This document shows, piece by piece, positions 39,964 through 48,828 of a stretch of DNA of 64,000 bases. Position 1 is the first letter of the stretch, and the number at the start of each line of letters is the position of its first letter. The stretch comes from Spirochaetia bacterium (GTDB lineage: Bacteria > Spirochaetota > Spirochaetia > SZUA-6 > Bin103): assembly GCA_965203905.1 (NCBI GenBank), contig CBDBDQ010000005.1, positions 5,632,001-5,696,000 on the forward strand, given 5' to 3'. The notes below the pieces were generated by a model, which did no database searches, had not been told where the DNA came from, and saw only the letters and a program-made list of their open reading frames with translations. A program made the position numbers and the translations under genes.

Positions 39964-40824
39964 TTACCTCGCGTCGGGAGGGTCGTTGCTCTTCTCGGCG
40001 CCCGCGATCGAGCGGTCGGGAATCGTGTAGTCCATCCAGGCGGTGAGCGCCTTCTGTTCCGGGGTGAAGCGGCGGCGGATGGAGGGCGGCATCCAGTAGT
40101 GGCGGACATTGTGGTAGTCGGTCATGGCGGAGCCGGCCCGCATCCGCTCGACATGGTTGTACTGCAGCGTGGTGCGCCGCCGTGGCGAGGTCTTGGCGGC
40201 GCCGGTGTGCACCAGTGCCTCGGTGAACAGCATCACGTCGCCGGGCTCGCCGGTGATCTCGACGGCGCCCGGCGTGTCCATGCCGGCCGCTCCCCAGCGC
40301 TTCAAGTCCAGCTTGAAATTCTTCTTGTGCGAGCCCGGAATCACGGCGAAGCAGCCGTCACCCGGGTGGTTGGGCGTGAGCATCGTGACCACGTTCAACA
40401 TCGGCGAGCGAATCTTGCCGTCACGTACCGAGTAGTCCTCGGGAGCCAGACCGTGATGCCAGTGGGTAGCTCCCCGGCCGGGATACTTGGAGATCGACCA
40501 GGTGTTGACCAACTGCGGCTCGTTCATGAACTCGTGGAGATACGGCAGATACCCGGGGTGAGCGATCAGCCGGTCGAACACGCGATCGAGCCGCGGAAGG
40601 CCGTTGAGGCGAACCTGGTGCTCCAGAAACAGGTCCTTGGTAAAGAGCGGGCGATGTTGGACCACCGGCAGTCCTTCCGCCCAACTGTCGTCGTGCTCGA
40701 TTGCCTCGTTGGCCACCACGGCCTCATCGAGCGCCGCCACCAGGTCGGGCTCGATCGCGCCGCGCAGGATCAGAAAGCCCTGCAGGTCGAACAGGAATTT
40801 TTCGTCGTCGGTTACCTCATGCAT
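39964..40824 (-). CDS. PhyH-family enzyme with an HxG iron motif (copy B, tandem paralogue)
   Basis: About 35 differences from copy A over ~280 aa by manual alignment; WHHG retained. Confidence 0.85.
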   Translation of the reverse strand: MHEVTDDEKFLFDLQGFLILRGAIEPDLVAALDEAVVANEAIEHDDSWAEGLPVVQHRPLFTKDLFLEHQVRLNGLPRLDRVFDRLIAHPGYLPYLHEFMNEPQLVNTWSISKYPGRGATHWHHGLAPEDYSVRDGKIRSPMLNVVTMLTPNHPGDGCFAVIPGSHKKNFKLDLKRWGAAGMDTPGAVEITGEPGDVMLFTEALVHTGAAKTSPRRRTTLQYNHVERMRAGSAMTDYHNVRHYWMPPSIRRRFTPEQKALTAWMDYTIPDRSIAGAEKSNDPPDAR

Positions 40825-40902
40825 GGTTCCACCGGTAAGGCAGGATGGCACGGAACCGTACCGGCGGCAACGCGTGCGCGAAGCCGACTGACGGCGCCAT
40901 GA

Positions 40903-41808
40903 TCAACGTTCGCGGCGCGCTGCCAGCAGGGCGCCGGCGGTGGCCAGGACGACGCCCGCAATCGCCAGGGCTTCCACCCGGTCGCCGCGCAGCATCACGC
41001 CCAGGAGCAGCGCCACCACCGGGATCAGGTAGGTGATGAACGAGGCGCGTATCGAGCCGACCCGTCCCACCAGCGTGCCCATGATCCAGTACGCGGCGCC
41101 GGTGCCCAGCAGGCCGGCGGCCAGCACCGCCAGCAGCGACGGCCAGGCGAACCCGGAGCCGGTCAGTCCGATCAGGCCGTAGGGCGCGGTCCACAGCGAG
41201 GCCAGCGCCAGCATGCGCGCCATCACCGGCAACGCGCCGTAGCGCTGCTGCAGCGGAACGGCGAGGTTCACCGCCACGCCGTAGCACAGGGTGGCTCCCA
41301 GGATCAGCCCCACGCCGGCGGCGCTGCTGCCGCCACCGGCCGCCGACGACTGCGCGATGGCGCCGACCCCGACGAAGCCCAGCAGCAGGCCGGCCAGTTG
41401 CACCGGTCGCGGCACGCGGCGCAGCAGGCCGGTGGCGACCAGCGCGGCGAAGATCGGCATCGCTCCGTTCAACATGCCGGTGAGCGCCGAGTTCACCCAC
41501 TGCTGGGCGAACGGGAAGATGGTGAACGGCAGCGCCACCCAGAGGAACGACAGCACCACGACCCGTGGCCGGTCGGCGCGCTGGAGCGGCCGCCGCGCCG
41601 CGGGGACCAGCCACAGCAGCGCCGCACCGCTGGCCACCCGCAGCAGCGTGATCAGGCCGGGCCGGAACGCCTCCAGCCCGACGTCCATCAACAGGAACGA
41701 GGCGCCCCAGATCAGCGAGATGGCGCAGAACAGCGCCCATTCCGCGGCGCTGAACGGCCCCTGGTTGGTGCTCGCCGCCGTGCTCAGGATGCGCCGCGGC
41801 GTGGACAC
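40903..41808 (-). CDS. DMT/EamA transporter
   Basis: LIWGASF, about ten TM helices, ITYLIPVVALLLG. Confidence 0.9.
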   Translation of the reverse strand: MSTPRRILSTAASTNQGPFSAAEWALFCAISLIWGASFLLMDVGLEAFRPGLITLLRVASGAALLWLVPAARRPLQRADRPRVVVLSFLWVALPFTIFPFAQQWVNSALTGMLNGAMPIFAALVATGLLRRVPRPVQLAGLLLGFVGVGAIAQSSAAGGGSSAAGVGLILGATLCYGVAVNLAVPLQQRYGALPVMARMLALASLWTAPYGLIGLTGSGFAWPSLLAVLAAGLLGTGAAYWIMGTLVGRVGSIRASFITYLIPVVALLLGVMLRGDRVEALAIAGVVLATAGALLAARRER

Positions 41809-41846
41809 CGGTGCCCTACGGTCGCCGCGGCGCGCCGATCCCGGCC

Positions 41847-42776
41847 TCAGCAGAGTCCCAGCTCTTTGAGGAGCGGGGGCAGGTGCGACTTCTCCTCGTC
41901 GCTGAGGGGTCGCAACGGGGCGGACACCGTATCGTGCTCGATGATGCCCAACAGCTTCAGCGCCGCCTTGAGGCCCGAGAAGCTGGCGGCGTGCGTGCCC
42001 CCACCGCGGCCGAGCTGGGTCGCCCGGGTGGCGGCAAGCAATTCACCGTGGTGGCGGAGTGCGGCCGCGGCGTCGCCGCGCGCTCCCGCTTCCCAGGCCG
42101 AGGCCACGCTGCGCGGCACCAGGTTGGCGATTCCCGGAATCACGCCGTGCGCGTCGATGCCCGCCATTGTGATGCGCCAGACGGAGCCGACGAAGCGATA
42201 CAGGTCGAGCCCGCGGTGGCGGCACAGCATCGCCAGTTGGGCGAACGCCTCGCCGGCGCCGGAGCTGTCCTTCACCCCCACCACGGTGCCGTCGGCCGCC
42301 AGCTCCGCGATGGTGGCCGGCTCCACCGTGAGCTTCACGGTGGACGGGATGTTGTAGACCCACAGCGGGTGGTAACAGCGCTCCCGGACGGCGCGGAAGT
42401 GGTCGCTCAGCTCGGCCTGGGAGTGGCTGTAGTAGTAGGGCGGCGTCGCCGCAACACCTTCCAGCGGGCAGTCACGCAGCGCGGCCGCGGCGCAGGCGGC
42501 GGCGCGCGTGGCCGGGGCGGAGATGTTGCCGATCACCGGCACCCGGCCGCCGGCTTCCTCGGCCACGGTCTCGATGACCAGCCGCCGCGCCGGCTCGTCC
42601 AGCGCCGCGAACTCCCCGGTGGTGCCGGCGGCCCAGATGCCGTGCACCCCGTTCTCCACCAGGTAGTTCACCAGGCGGCGCAGGGAAGCCACGTCCACCG
42701 TCTCGTCGGGTGTGAGGGGGGTCAGGATCGGCACGATCACGCCGCGCAGCGGCTGTCGGTCGTTCGGTTGTTTCAC
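41847..42776 (-). CDS. DapA-family class I aldolase/lyase
   Basis: PILTP, GTTGE, TPPYY, YNIP, GVKDSSG. Confidence 0.9.
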   Translation of the reverse strand: MKQPNDRQPLRGVIVPILTPLTPDETVDVASLRRLVNYLVENGVHGIWAAGTTGEFAALDEPARRLVIETVAEEAGGRVPVIGNISAPATRAAACAAAALRDCPLEGVAATPPYYYSHSQAELSDHFRAVRERCYHPLWVYNIPSTVKLTVEPATIAELAADGTVVGVKDSSGAGEAFAQLAMLCRHRGLDLYRFVGSVWRITMAGIDAHGVIPGIANLVPRSVASAWEAGARGDAAAALRHHGELLAATRATQLGRGGGTHAASFSGLKAALKLLGIIEHDTVSAPLRPLSDEEKSHLPPLLKELGLC

Positions 42777-42863
42777 GTGTTGCTCCTTTGCACTTTCGCA
42801 TCATCGACCATCCTGGTCGAGTAGCTCAACGGTGCGCTATCGTTCGCGGAGCGTGGGTCGCTC

Positions 42864-43577
42864 GTGAACATCATCCTGTTCTCCAGCACGGCACACCGGC
42901 AGACTCTGGTGCGTACCGATCCGCGGGCGCGCCACCTGCTGGAGGTGCTGCGCTGCGGCCGCGGCGACGAGTTCCGCGCCGGAGTGATCGACGGGCCGAC
43001 CGGTACCGGTTCCGTGCTTGCCATTGGCGAGGAGCGGCTGGAGCTGGCCTTCCGCTGGCACGGCACCGCCCCACCGCTGGATGACATCACCCTCATCGTC
43101 GGCCTGCCGCGGCCGCCGAGCGCGCGCAAGATCCTGTACCAGGCGGCCGCCCTCGGCTGCCGCGAGATCCGCTTCGTGCACACCGCGAGCAGCGATCCCA
43201 ACTACGCCCGGAGCCGGCTCTGGACCACCGGCGAGTGGCGCCGTCACCTGCTGGACGGGCTGCAGCAGTCGGTGGCCACCGCGTTGCCGGCGGTGACCTG
43301 CGGCACTCCCCTTCGCAGCACGTTGCAGCAGCTTCCCCCGGACGCCGCTGCCGTGGTCCTGGACAACGCCCGGAGTGTGGACCGCCTCGGTGCCTGCGCG
43401 CTGCGCCTGCCGCTGGTGCTGGCCCTCGGGCCGGAGCGAGGTTGGACCGATGCGGACCGCGACCTGTTGCGGCGCCATCGTTTCATCCCGTGTACACTGG
43501 GAGAGCGGGTCCTGCGCGTGGAGACCGCGTGCGTGGCCGCACTGGCGATCGCGAAGTCCAAGCTGGGCGCGATGTAA
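42864..43577 (+). CDS. rsmE: 16S rRNA m3U1498 methyltransferase
   Basis: HLLEVLR, GPERGW, LGERVLRVETA. Confidence 0.85.
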   Translation: MNIILFSSTAHRQTLVRTDPRARHLLEVLRCGRGDEFRAGVIDGPTGTGSVLAIGEERLELAFRWHGTAPPLDDITLIVGLPRPPSARKILYQAAALGCREIRFVHTASSDPNYARSRLWTTGEWRRHLLDGLQQSVATALPAVTCGTPLRSTLQQLPPDAAAVVLDNARSVDRLGACALRLPLVLALGPERGWTDADRDLLRRHRFIPCTLGERVLRVETACVAALAIAKSKLGAM

Positions 43578-43593
43578 GGGAGGTGCCGGGTCG

Positions 43594-44379
43594 ATGGCCG
43601 ACACACTGACCACAGAGCAGCGGGCGGGGTTCGAAACCGACGGCTACCTGGTGCTGGAGGGACTGCTGGACGCAAAGGAGTGCGGCCTGCTGCGGGCGGA
43701 GGTGGATCACCTGGCGCAGCGGCGCGCCGCGGGCGAGCAGCCGCTGATCGTTTCCTATCCGCGGATGGCGCTGCTCACCTCGCATCCGCCAACGATGACC
43801 CCGGTGCAACAGCTCATGGGCGGAGAGTTCGCCATGCACCACATCCACGCCTCGCGCCACGACGCGGGCCAGGAGGGCGTGCCCTGGCACCAGGACTACG
43901 AGCAGTATCCGCAGACCAACCGCTCCCACTTGATGGTGCACGTGTTCTACTACCTGAACGGTCTCAACGGCGAGGTGGGCGACCTGCTGCTGGTGCCGCG
44001 CTCGCAGCACAGCGTGATCGCGCGCGATGCCCTGCACCTCTTCGGGACCGAGGACCTTCCCGGTTCGCTGACGGTAGACCGGCTGGCGCCCGGTTCGGCC
44101 ATCATTGTCCACTCCGCGTTGTTCCACGCCCGGCGCGCGAAACCGGGCGGCGCCGGCCAGCCGCGCTACTTCATCGATATCTCCTATTGCCGGAACGGCA
44201 TCCTCTGGCCGGGCTACCCGCGCATGGACCTGATCAACGCCAAGGCGCTGGAGATGGGCGCCGACCGCGGCGGCCGCTACGCGTTCCTGTACGACGCCAG
44301 CCACTTCTTCGAGCAGGCACCGCGGCGCGAGCGACTGCAGCGGGCGGCGGGGAGCCTGGTGCTGGATCTGGGTGAGTGA
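43594..44379 (+). CDS. PhyH-family dioxygenase
   Basis: DGYLVL, WHQD, VPRSQH, VHSALFHAR. Confidence 0.85.
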   Translation: MADTLTTEQRAGFETDGYLVLEGLLDAKECGLLRAEVDHLAQRRAAGEQPLIVSYPRMALLTSHPPTMTPVQQLMGGEFAMHHIHASRHDAGQEGVPWHQDYEQYPQTNRSHLMVHVFYYLNGLNGEVGDLLLVPRSQHSVIARDALHLFGTEDLPGSLTVDRLAPGSAIIVHSALFHARRAKPGGAGQPRYFIDISYCRNGILWPGYPRMDLINAKALEMGADRGGRYAFLYDASHFFEQAPRRERLQRAAGSLVLDLGE

Positions 44380-45137
44380 CGATGGCCACCCCGAAATGGC
44401 ACGAGCTGACCGCAGTGGTGACCGGAGCCGGGCGCGGCATGGGCCTGGCGTTTGCTCGCGAGCTGGCCGCCCGCGGCGCCACCGTGGCGCTGTGCGACGT
44501 CGACCCCTCCCTGCTGGCGAGCGCAGCCGAGGAGCTGCGCAGTGACGGCCGGCGAGTGCTGGCGGAGCCGGTCGACGTGGCGCTGGAGCAGCAGGTGGCC
44601 GGGTTCGTGGAACGGGTGGCGGCCGCGACCGGCCGCATCGACATCCTGGTCAACAACGCCGGCATCCATCCCCTGCACACCATCGACCAGATCGACGCGG
44701 CCGAGTGGGACCGGGTGCTGGCGGTCAACCTGCGGAGCTGCTTCCTGTTCAGCCGCGCGGTGCTGCCCGGCATGCGGGCGCGCGGCTTCGGCCGCATCAT
44801 CAGCGTCGCCTCGGAAGCGGGCAAGGCCGGCGGCACCATCGCCGGGCTCCACTACGCCGCCTCGAAGGGCGCGATCCTCGCCTTCACCCGTAACCTCGCC
44901 CGCCAGGAGGGAACCAACGGCGTGACCGTGAATGCCATCGCACCGGGCCGCATCGCCACCGCCATGGCCGGCGCGGTGTCACCGGAAGAGAACCAGGTAT
45001 TCATCGACCGCAGCGCGGTCAAGCGGCTCGGCGAGCCGGCGGAAGCCGCGCACGCGGTGGCGTTCCTGGCCGATCCCGCTTCCGGCTTCATCACCGGCGA
45101 GACCATCAACGTCAACGGCGGAACGCTGATGGACTAG
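44376..45137 (+). CDS. Classical SDR oxidoreductase (FabG-like)
   Basis: TGAGRGMG, NNAG, YAASK, VNAIAPG. Confidence 0.92.
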   Translation: MTMATPKWHELTAVVTGAGRGMGLAFARELAARGATVALCDVDPSLLASAAEELRSDGRRVLAEPVDVALEQQVAGFVERVAAATGRIDILVNNAGIHPLHTIDQIDAAEWDRVLAVNLRSCFLFSRAVLPGMRARGFGRIISVASEAGKAGGTIAGLHYAASKGAILAFTRNLARQEGTNGVTVNAIAPGRIATAMAGAVSPEENQVFIDRSAVKRLGEPAEAAHAVAFLADPASGFITGETINVNGGTLMD

Positions 45138-46095
45138 CCGCCGGAGCGCGCATGTCGCAGTCCCAGCGAACCACGTATGATGCGAATCTCGGTCGCCCGA
45201 GTTGGTTGGTGAGCTGCTTGTTTTCGTCGTAGAGCTGCGAAAGCCCCCAGGCGACGCCGCTTCCGTAGCTCGTGTTGTCGAAGGCATCGGCACTGAACAC
45301 TCCCGGATCGCTGATGTGCGCAACAATGTCGGCCGCCTTCTCGAATCGGTACCCGTCCGGGCTGTAATAGACCGCTCGATCCGGCGGTTTTTCGTCGGCA
45401 ATCAGCGCGACCCCTTCCCGGTGCGGCCAAACGCACCCGGTATGCCCGCAGAGAAGCGGACTACCGTTCCACCGTTCGAAGGGTCCCGTCGGACTCTCCG
45501 CCACCGCGAGGCCGATCAGGCACGGGCTCCGCATACTGGTCCTGCCCTTGTAGTACATCCAGAACCGACCATCTCTGACGATCACGCACGGGTCGTCGAT
45601 GAGGTGCGCGTCGAACGAGAAGCCGTCGAGGGTCGGACTCAGGACGGGCCCCCCTGCTACATGTCTGAAGGGTCCTTCGGGGCTGTCGGCCAGCGCCACG
45701 CCGATGTGCTTTTCGTTTATCGGCACTCCGGTATGGGCGCAGAAGTACAGGTAGTACCTGCCATCGTGACAGACAACAGCAGGAGCGTGTTTTCCCTCGC
45801 CGTGCCACGCCGCCTGATCACTGTCCTCGAGCACCTGCCCGTGTTCCGACCACGAAACGCCGTCGGCCGAGGTGGCCAGCCAGATCTTGGTGCAATTGCT
45901 GGTCCGCCACGTGGTCATCCAGCTCTCGTCGTGCGCGTACCGCGTGTACCAGACGTGGTAGCGGTCGCCGATCTGCATTATGTTGCTCGGGTCCTGGTAC
46001 ACGATCACGGGGTCTCTCCCTATCCCGCTGACGGCACGCACCGTGAACCGTGCTGCGCTGAGCTCGGGCGGGATCTGCCAGGGAGTGTCTCTCAT
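45112..46095 (-). CDS. Five-bladed beta-propeller glycosidase (GH43/GH117-like)
   Basis: DPSNIMQIGDRYHVWYT, IWLATSADG.W, ADSPEGPF, IDDPC..YYKG. Confidence 0.7.
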   Translation of the reverse strand: MRDTPWQIPPELSAARFTVRAVSGIGRDPVIVYQDPSNIMQIGDRYHVWYTRYAHDESWMTTWRTSNCTKIWLATSADGVSWSEHGQVLEDSDQAAWHGEGKHAPAVVCHDGRYYLYFCAHTGVPINEKHIGVALADSPEGPFRHVAGGPVLSPTLDGFSFDAHLIDDPCVIVRDGRFWMYYKGRTSMRSPCLIGLAVAESPTGPFERWNGSPLLCGHTGCVWPHREGVALIADEKPPDRAVYYSPDGYRFEKAADIVAHISDPGVFSADAFDNTSYGSGVAWGLSQLYDENKQLTNQLGRPRFASYVVRWDCDMRAPAASPSAFRR

Positions 46096-46104
46096 TGACC
46101 TTGG

Positions 46105-46132
46105 TGGCGGGAGCCTCAGCAGGCTCCCGCCA
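46105..46132. terminator. Perfect 12-bp hairpin between the SBP and glycosidase genes (mRNA stabiliser or attenuator)
   Basis: TGGCGGGAGCCT-CAGC-AGGCTCCCGCCA; no U-tract on the coding strand. Confidence 0.55.
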
Positions 46133-46157
46133 TTTCCGTGTCAATCGCCAACGCTCG

Positions 46158-47795
46158 CTACATCCACTGGGCTTCGTAGCCCTTTTGCAGCAGCTCAAGA
46201 TAGCGGGACAAACCGATTTTTTCGAGCTCGCTCAAGTACCCATCCCAATCCTCGTCGAGATCTAGAGCACCGGATATGAATTTTACTACACTTCCGCGTG
46301 CGTAATCGTATAGCGCTACTTCGAGCTCCGCCCGTTCAATCGCATCTTCGGCGTCCATGAACAACGGTGGGACCAGGTTGTCCACGCGATACTTGTCATA
46401 CGCCCACGTCGCGTGCAGCAGAATCTTCTCGTGGGCCCAGGTTCCAGTATCGACCAAACTGGTCTTGTAGTAGCCCGTAGAGTACCAGTTCCAGGCGTTT
46501 CTGACGCCGCCGCTTTCTTTTGATTCGCCGGGCGGAAAGCGGGACCACACCGCCGGCGTGCCGTCGATCCCTACCTCACCTGGTTCAGCCAGTCGATAGC
46601 CGACTCCTTCCACTCCTTCGAATTCCCAGAAGCCGACGTCCTTGTAGATGCCGCCGTTCGATGCCCGGAGGTAGAATCCCTCTGCCCATCTGAACGCGAC
46701 CTCGGGGATCTCGCTGATACTCGTTATCGTCATGGTAAAGCCGATACCAGGAATGTAGTAAGGTGCCTGCCGCGACCCGGAAGGACCTTGCAACGGGTCC
46801 AGCCACGTGTACTGCAGCTTGGTGTCTTTCGACAAATCCAGCCAGCCCAAGTGCATGGATTGCAGCGACCCGATCCTTGCCCCATCCGGGTGTTCCGACG
46901 TACTCTTGATCTGTTGCCAGCCTTGCACGAAAATCTCGTTATCCACCAGACCGTCGTCCCACAGTCTCTTCAGATACCTCAAACCTTCCCGATACTCGGG
47001 CTTGACGAACGGTACGGTGACCTTGCCGTCCTCCAGCACGGCCCGCTTCAAGCTCGGGCTCGTGGTAAACGGATTGATCAGAAATCCGTCTACTTCGGCA
47101 AACCCATTAAAGCCCATCCCGGATAGCGGAATCTCATCATTCGGATCACCGTTGCCGTTGGCGTCATGCTCCTTGAACGCCTTCAAGACCTGGTAGTATT
47201 CCTCGGTGGTCGTGGGTTTATCCAGGCCGAGATTGTCCAGCCATTGCTGGTTGATCCACATCTTCTGCCCGTAATCTCCGTGGCTGCTCTCGGTGGTGTT
47301 GAAGAACGCATAGATGTTGCCGTCGGGTGCGGTAATCTTGCGCTTCACATCAGGATCGAATTCGAACGTCTTCTTGATGCCGTAGCCGAGCTCGTCAATC
47401 ATCTCATTCAACGGCACGAACAAGCCCTGGCTGCCGTACAGCAGTATCTGGTCCTGCGAGAAATTGTGTACGAACACATCCGGTAAATCCGTCTGGCTGG
47501 CAAGCATCAGGTTTACCTTTTGGGCCGCGTCCTGCAGCACCACCTGCCAGTTGACATCCACTCCGGTGAGTTCCTCGTACCAGTTGAGCACCCAGATGTC
47601 GTCAAAGGACTGCACCGCTCCCCAGTTGTTCCTGGTAGTCAGCACCTCCAGGGTTACCGGCTCCTCGACTATCGGGAACTCTCCAGCGGGCGTTACCGTG
47701 ACTGCCCGCGCCGCCATCCCCTCTTCCTGGGCGGCGGCAAAGGCGAACCAACAGCACGCCAGCAACACGCCACAACTTAGTGGTCGCTTCATCAT
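46158..47795 (-). CDS. LplA-type sugar-binding protein
   Basis: Signal peptide; PDGNIY, WINQQWLDNLGL, AFKEHDANGNG.DEIP. Confidence 0.9.
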   Translation of the reverse strand: MMKRPLSCGVLLACCWFAFAAAQEEGMAARAVTVTPAGEFPIVEEPVTLEVLTTRNNWGAVQSFDDIWVLNWYEELTGVDVNWQVVLQDAAQKVNLMLASQTDLPDVFVHNFSQDQILLYGSQGLFVPLNEMIDELGYGIKKTFEFDPDVKRKITAPDGNIYAFFNTTESSHGDYGQKMWINQQWLDNLGLDKPTTTEEYYQVLKAFKEHDANGNGDPNDEIPLSGMGFNGFAEVDGFLINPFTTSPSLKRAVLEDGKVTVPFVKPEYREGLRYLKRLWDDGLVDNEIFVQGWQQIKSTSEHPDGARIGSLQSMHLGWLDLSKDTKLQYTWLDPLQGPSGSRQAPYYIPGIGFTMTITSISEIPEVAFRWAEGFYLRASNGGIYKDVGFWEFEGVEGVGYRLAEPGEVGIDGTPAVWSRFPPGESKESGGVRNAWNWYSTGYYKTSLVDTGTWAHEKILLHATWAYDKYRVDNLVPPLFMDAEDAIERAELEVALYDYARGSVVKFISGALDLDEDWDGYLSELEKIGLSRYLELLQKGYEAQWM

Positions 47796-47920
47796 CTCTT
47801 CCTCCTGTGGAATAGACAGATCGTTCGTGAGCCATTAAAGCTCACGGGTGGTTCAGTCCGACAACCCGGACTGTACAGGTTTCACCGGAAACTCATGTAC
47901 TCATCGTCGCCACCCCCAAA

Positions 47921-48820
47921 TCAGCCCTTGATCGCACCCAGCATTACGCCCTTGACGAAGTACCGCTGAATGAACGGGTACAGCATCAGCACCGGCACGC
48001 TGGCCACTATGATAAGCGAGAATTTCAGCAGATCGGCAAGTCCCTGGCGCCGCGTCAGCTCCTCGATGCTCTCGGAAGCCATTTCGGTAACGTCAACTTG
48101 ATTGAGCACCAGTATTTCCCGCAGTATGAGCTGTAAAGGATACAGGTCTCTGGTACTCAGGTAGATGAATGCTGAGAAAAATGCGTTCCAGTGGGAAACC
48201 GCGTAGAACAGTGTCATAACAGCAATGATCGCCCCCGACAGGGGCACCACTACGCTGACCAAAAACCGAAAGTCACTACAGCCGTCTACCTTCGCCGCCT
48301 CCAGCAGCTCGTCCGAGATATTCGTTTGAAAATAGGTTCTCATCATAATCATGAAAAACACGTTCAGAGCTGGCGGAATGATCATCACCCACCTGGTATT
48401 GATCATGCCCAGGCGATTGATCAACAGGTAGGTAGGGATCAAGCCTCCGCTGAAGAACATCGTAAAGGCGAAGATGAACATGAAAATTCCGCGGTAGCGG
48501 AAATCCTTGCGGGACAACGGATAGGCGGCGAGAACGGTTACCACGAGATTCACGATGGTGCCGAAAAAGGTATAGAAAATCGTATTGCCGTAGCCGGTCA
48601 ATATGTAGCCATTCGAAAACACCGCTCGGTATCCGGCAATGGAAGGCTCCACCGGAAGCAACCATACCTTGCCACTGAGGACCGCGCTGGTGGAGCTGAA
48701 GGAGGAGCTCAGCACGTACAGCAGCGGATACGCCACGGCGCCAAATACAACGACAGAGAAGATCAGGTTGCAGGCGTCAAAGATCCTGTCAGCGCGGGTC
48801 GGACGCAAGGCGCTGGCCAT
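47921..48820 (-). CDS. Carbohydrate ABC permease (LplC-like)
   Basis: AAYPLSR, FSGGLIPTY, EAAKVDG, YPFIQRYFVKG. Confidence 0.92.
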   Translation of the reverse strand: MASALRPTRADRIFDACNLIFSVVVFGAVAYPLLYVLSSSFSSTSAVLSGKVWLLPVEPSIAGYRAVFSNGYILTGYGNTIFYTFFGTIVNLVVTVLAAYPLSRKDFRYRGIFMFIFAFTMFFSGGLIPTYLLINRLGMINTRWVMIIPPALNVFFMIMMRTYFQTNISDELLEAAKVDGCSDFRFLVSVVVPLSGAIIAVMTLFYAVSHWNAFFSAFIYLSTRDLYPLQLILREILVLNQVDVTEMASESIEELTRRQGLADLLKFSLIIVASVPVLMLYPFIQRYFVKGVMLGAIKG

Positions 48821-48828
48821 GGGCTAGC

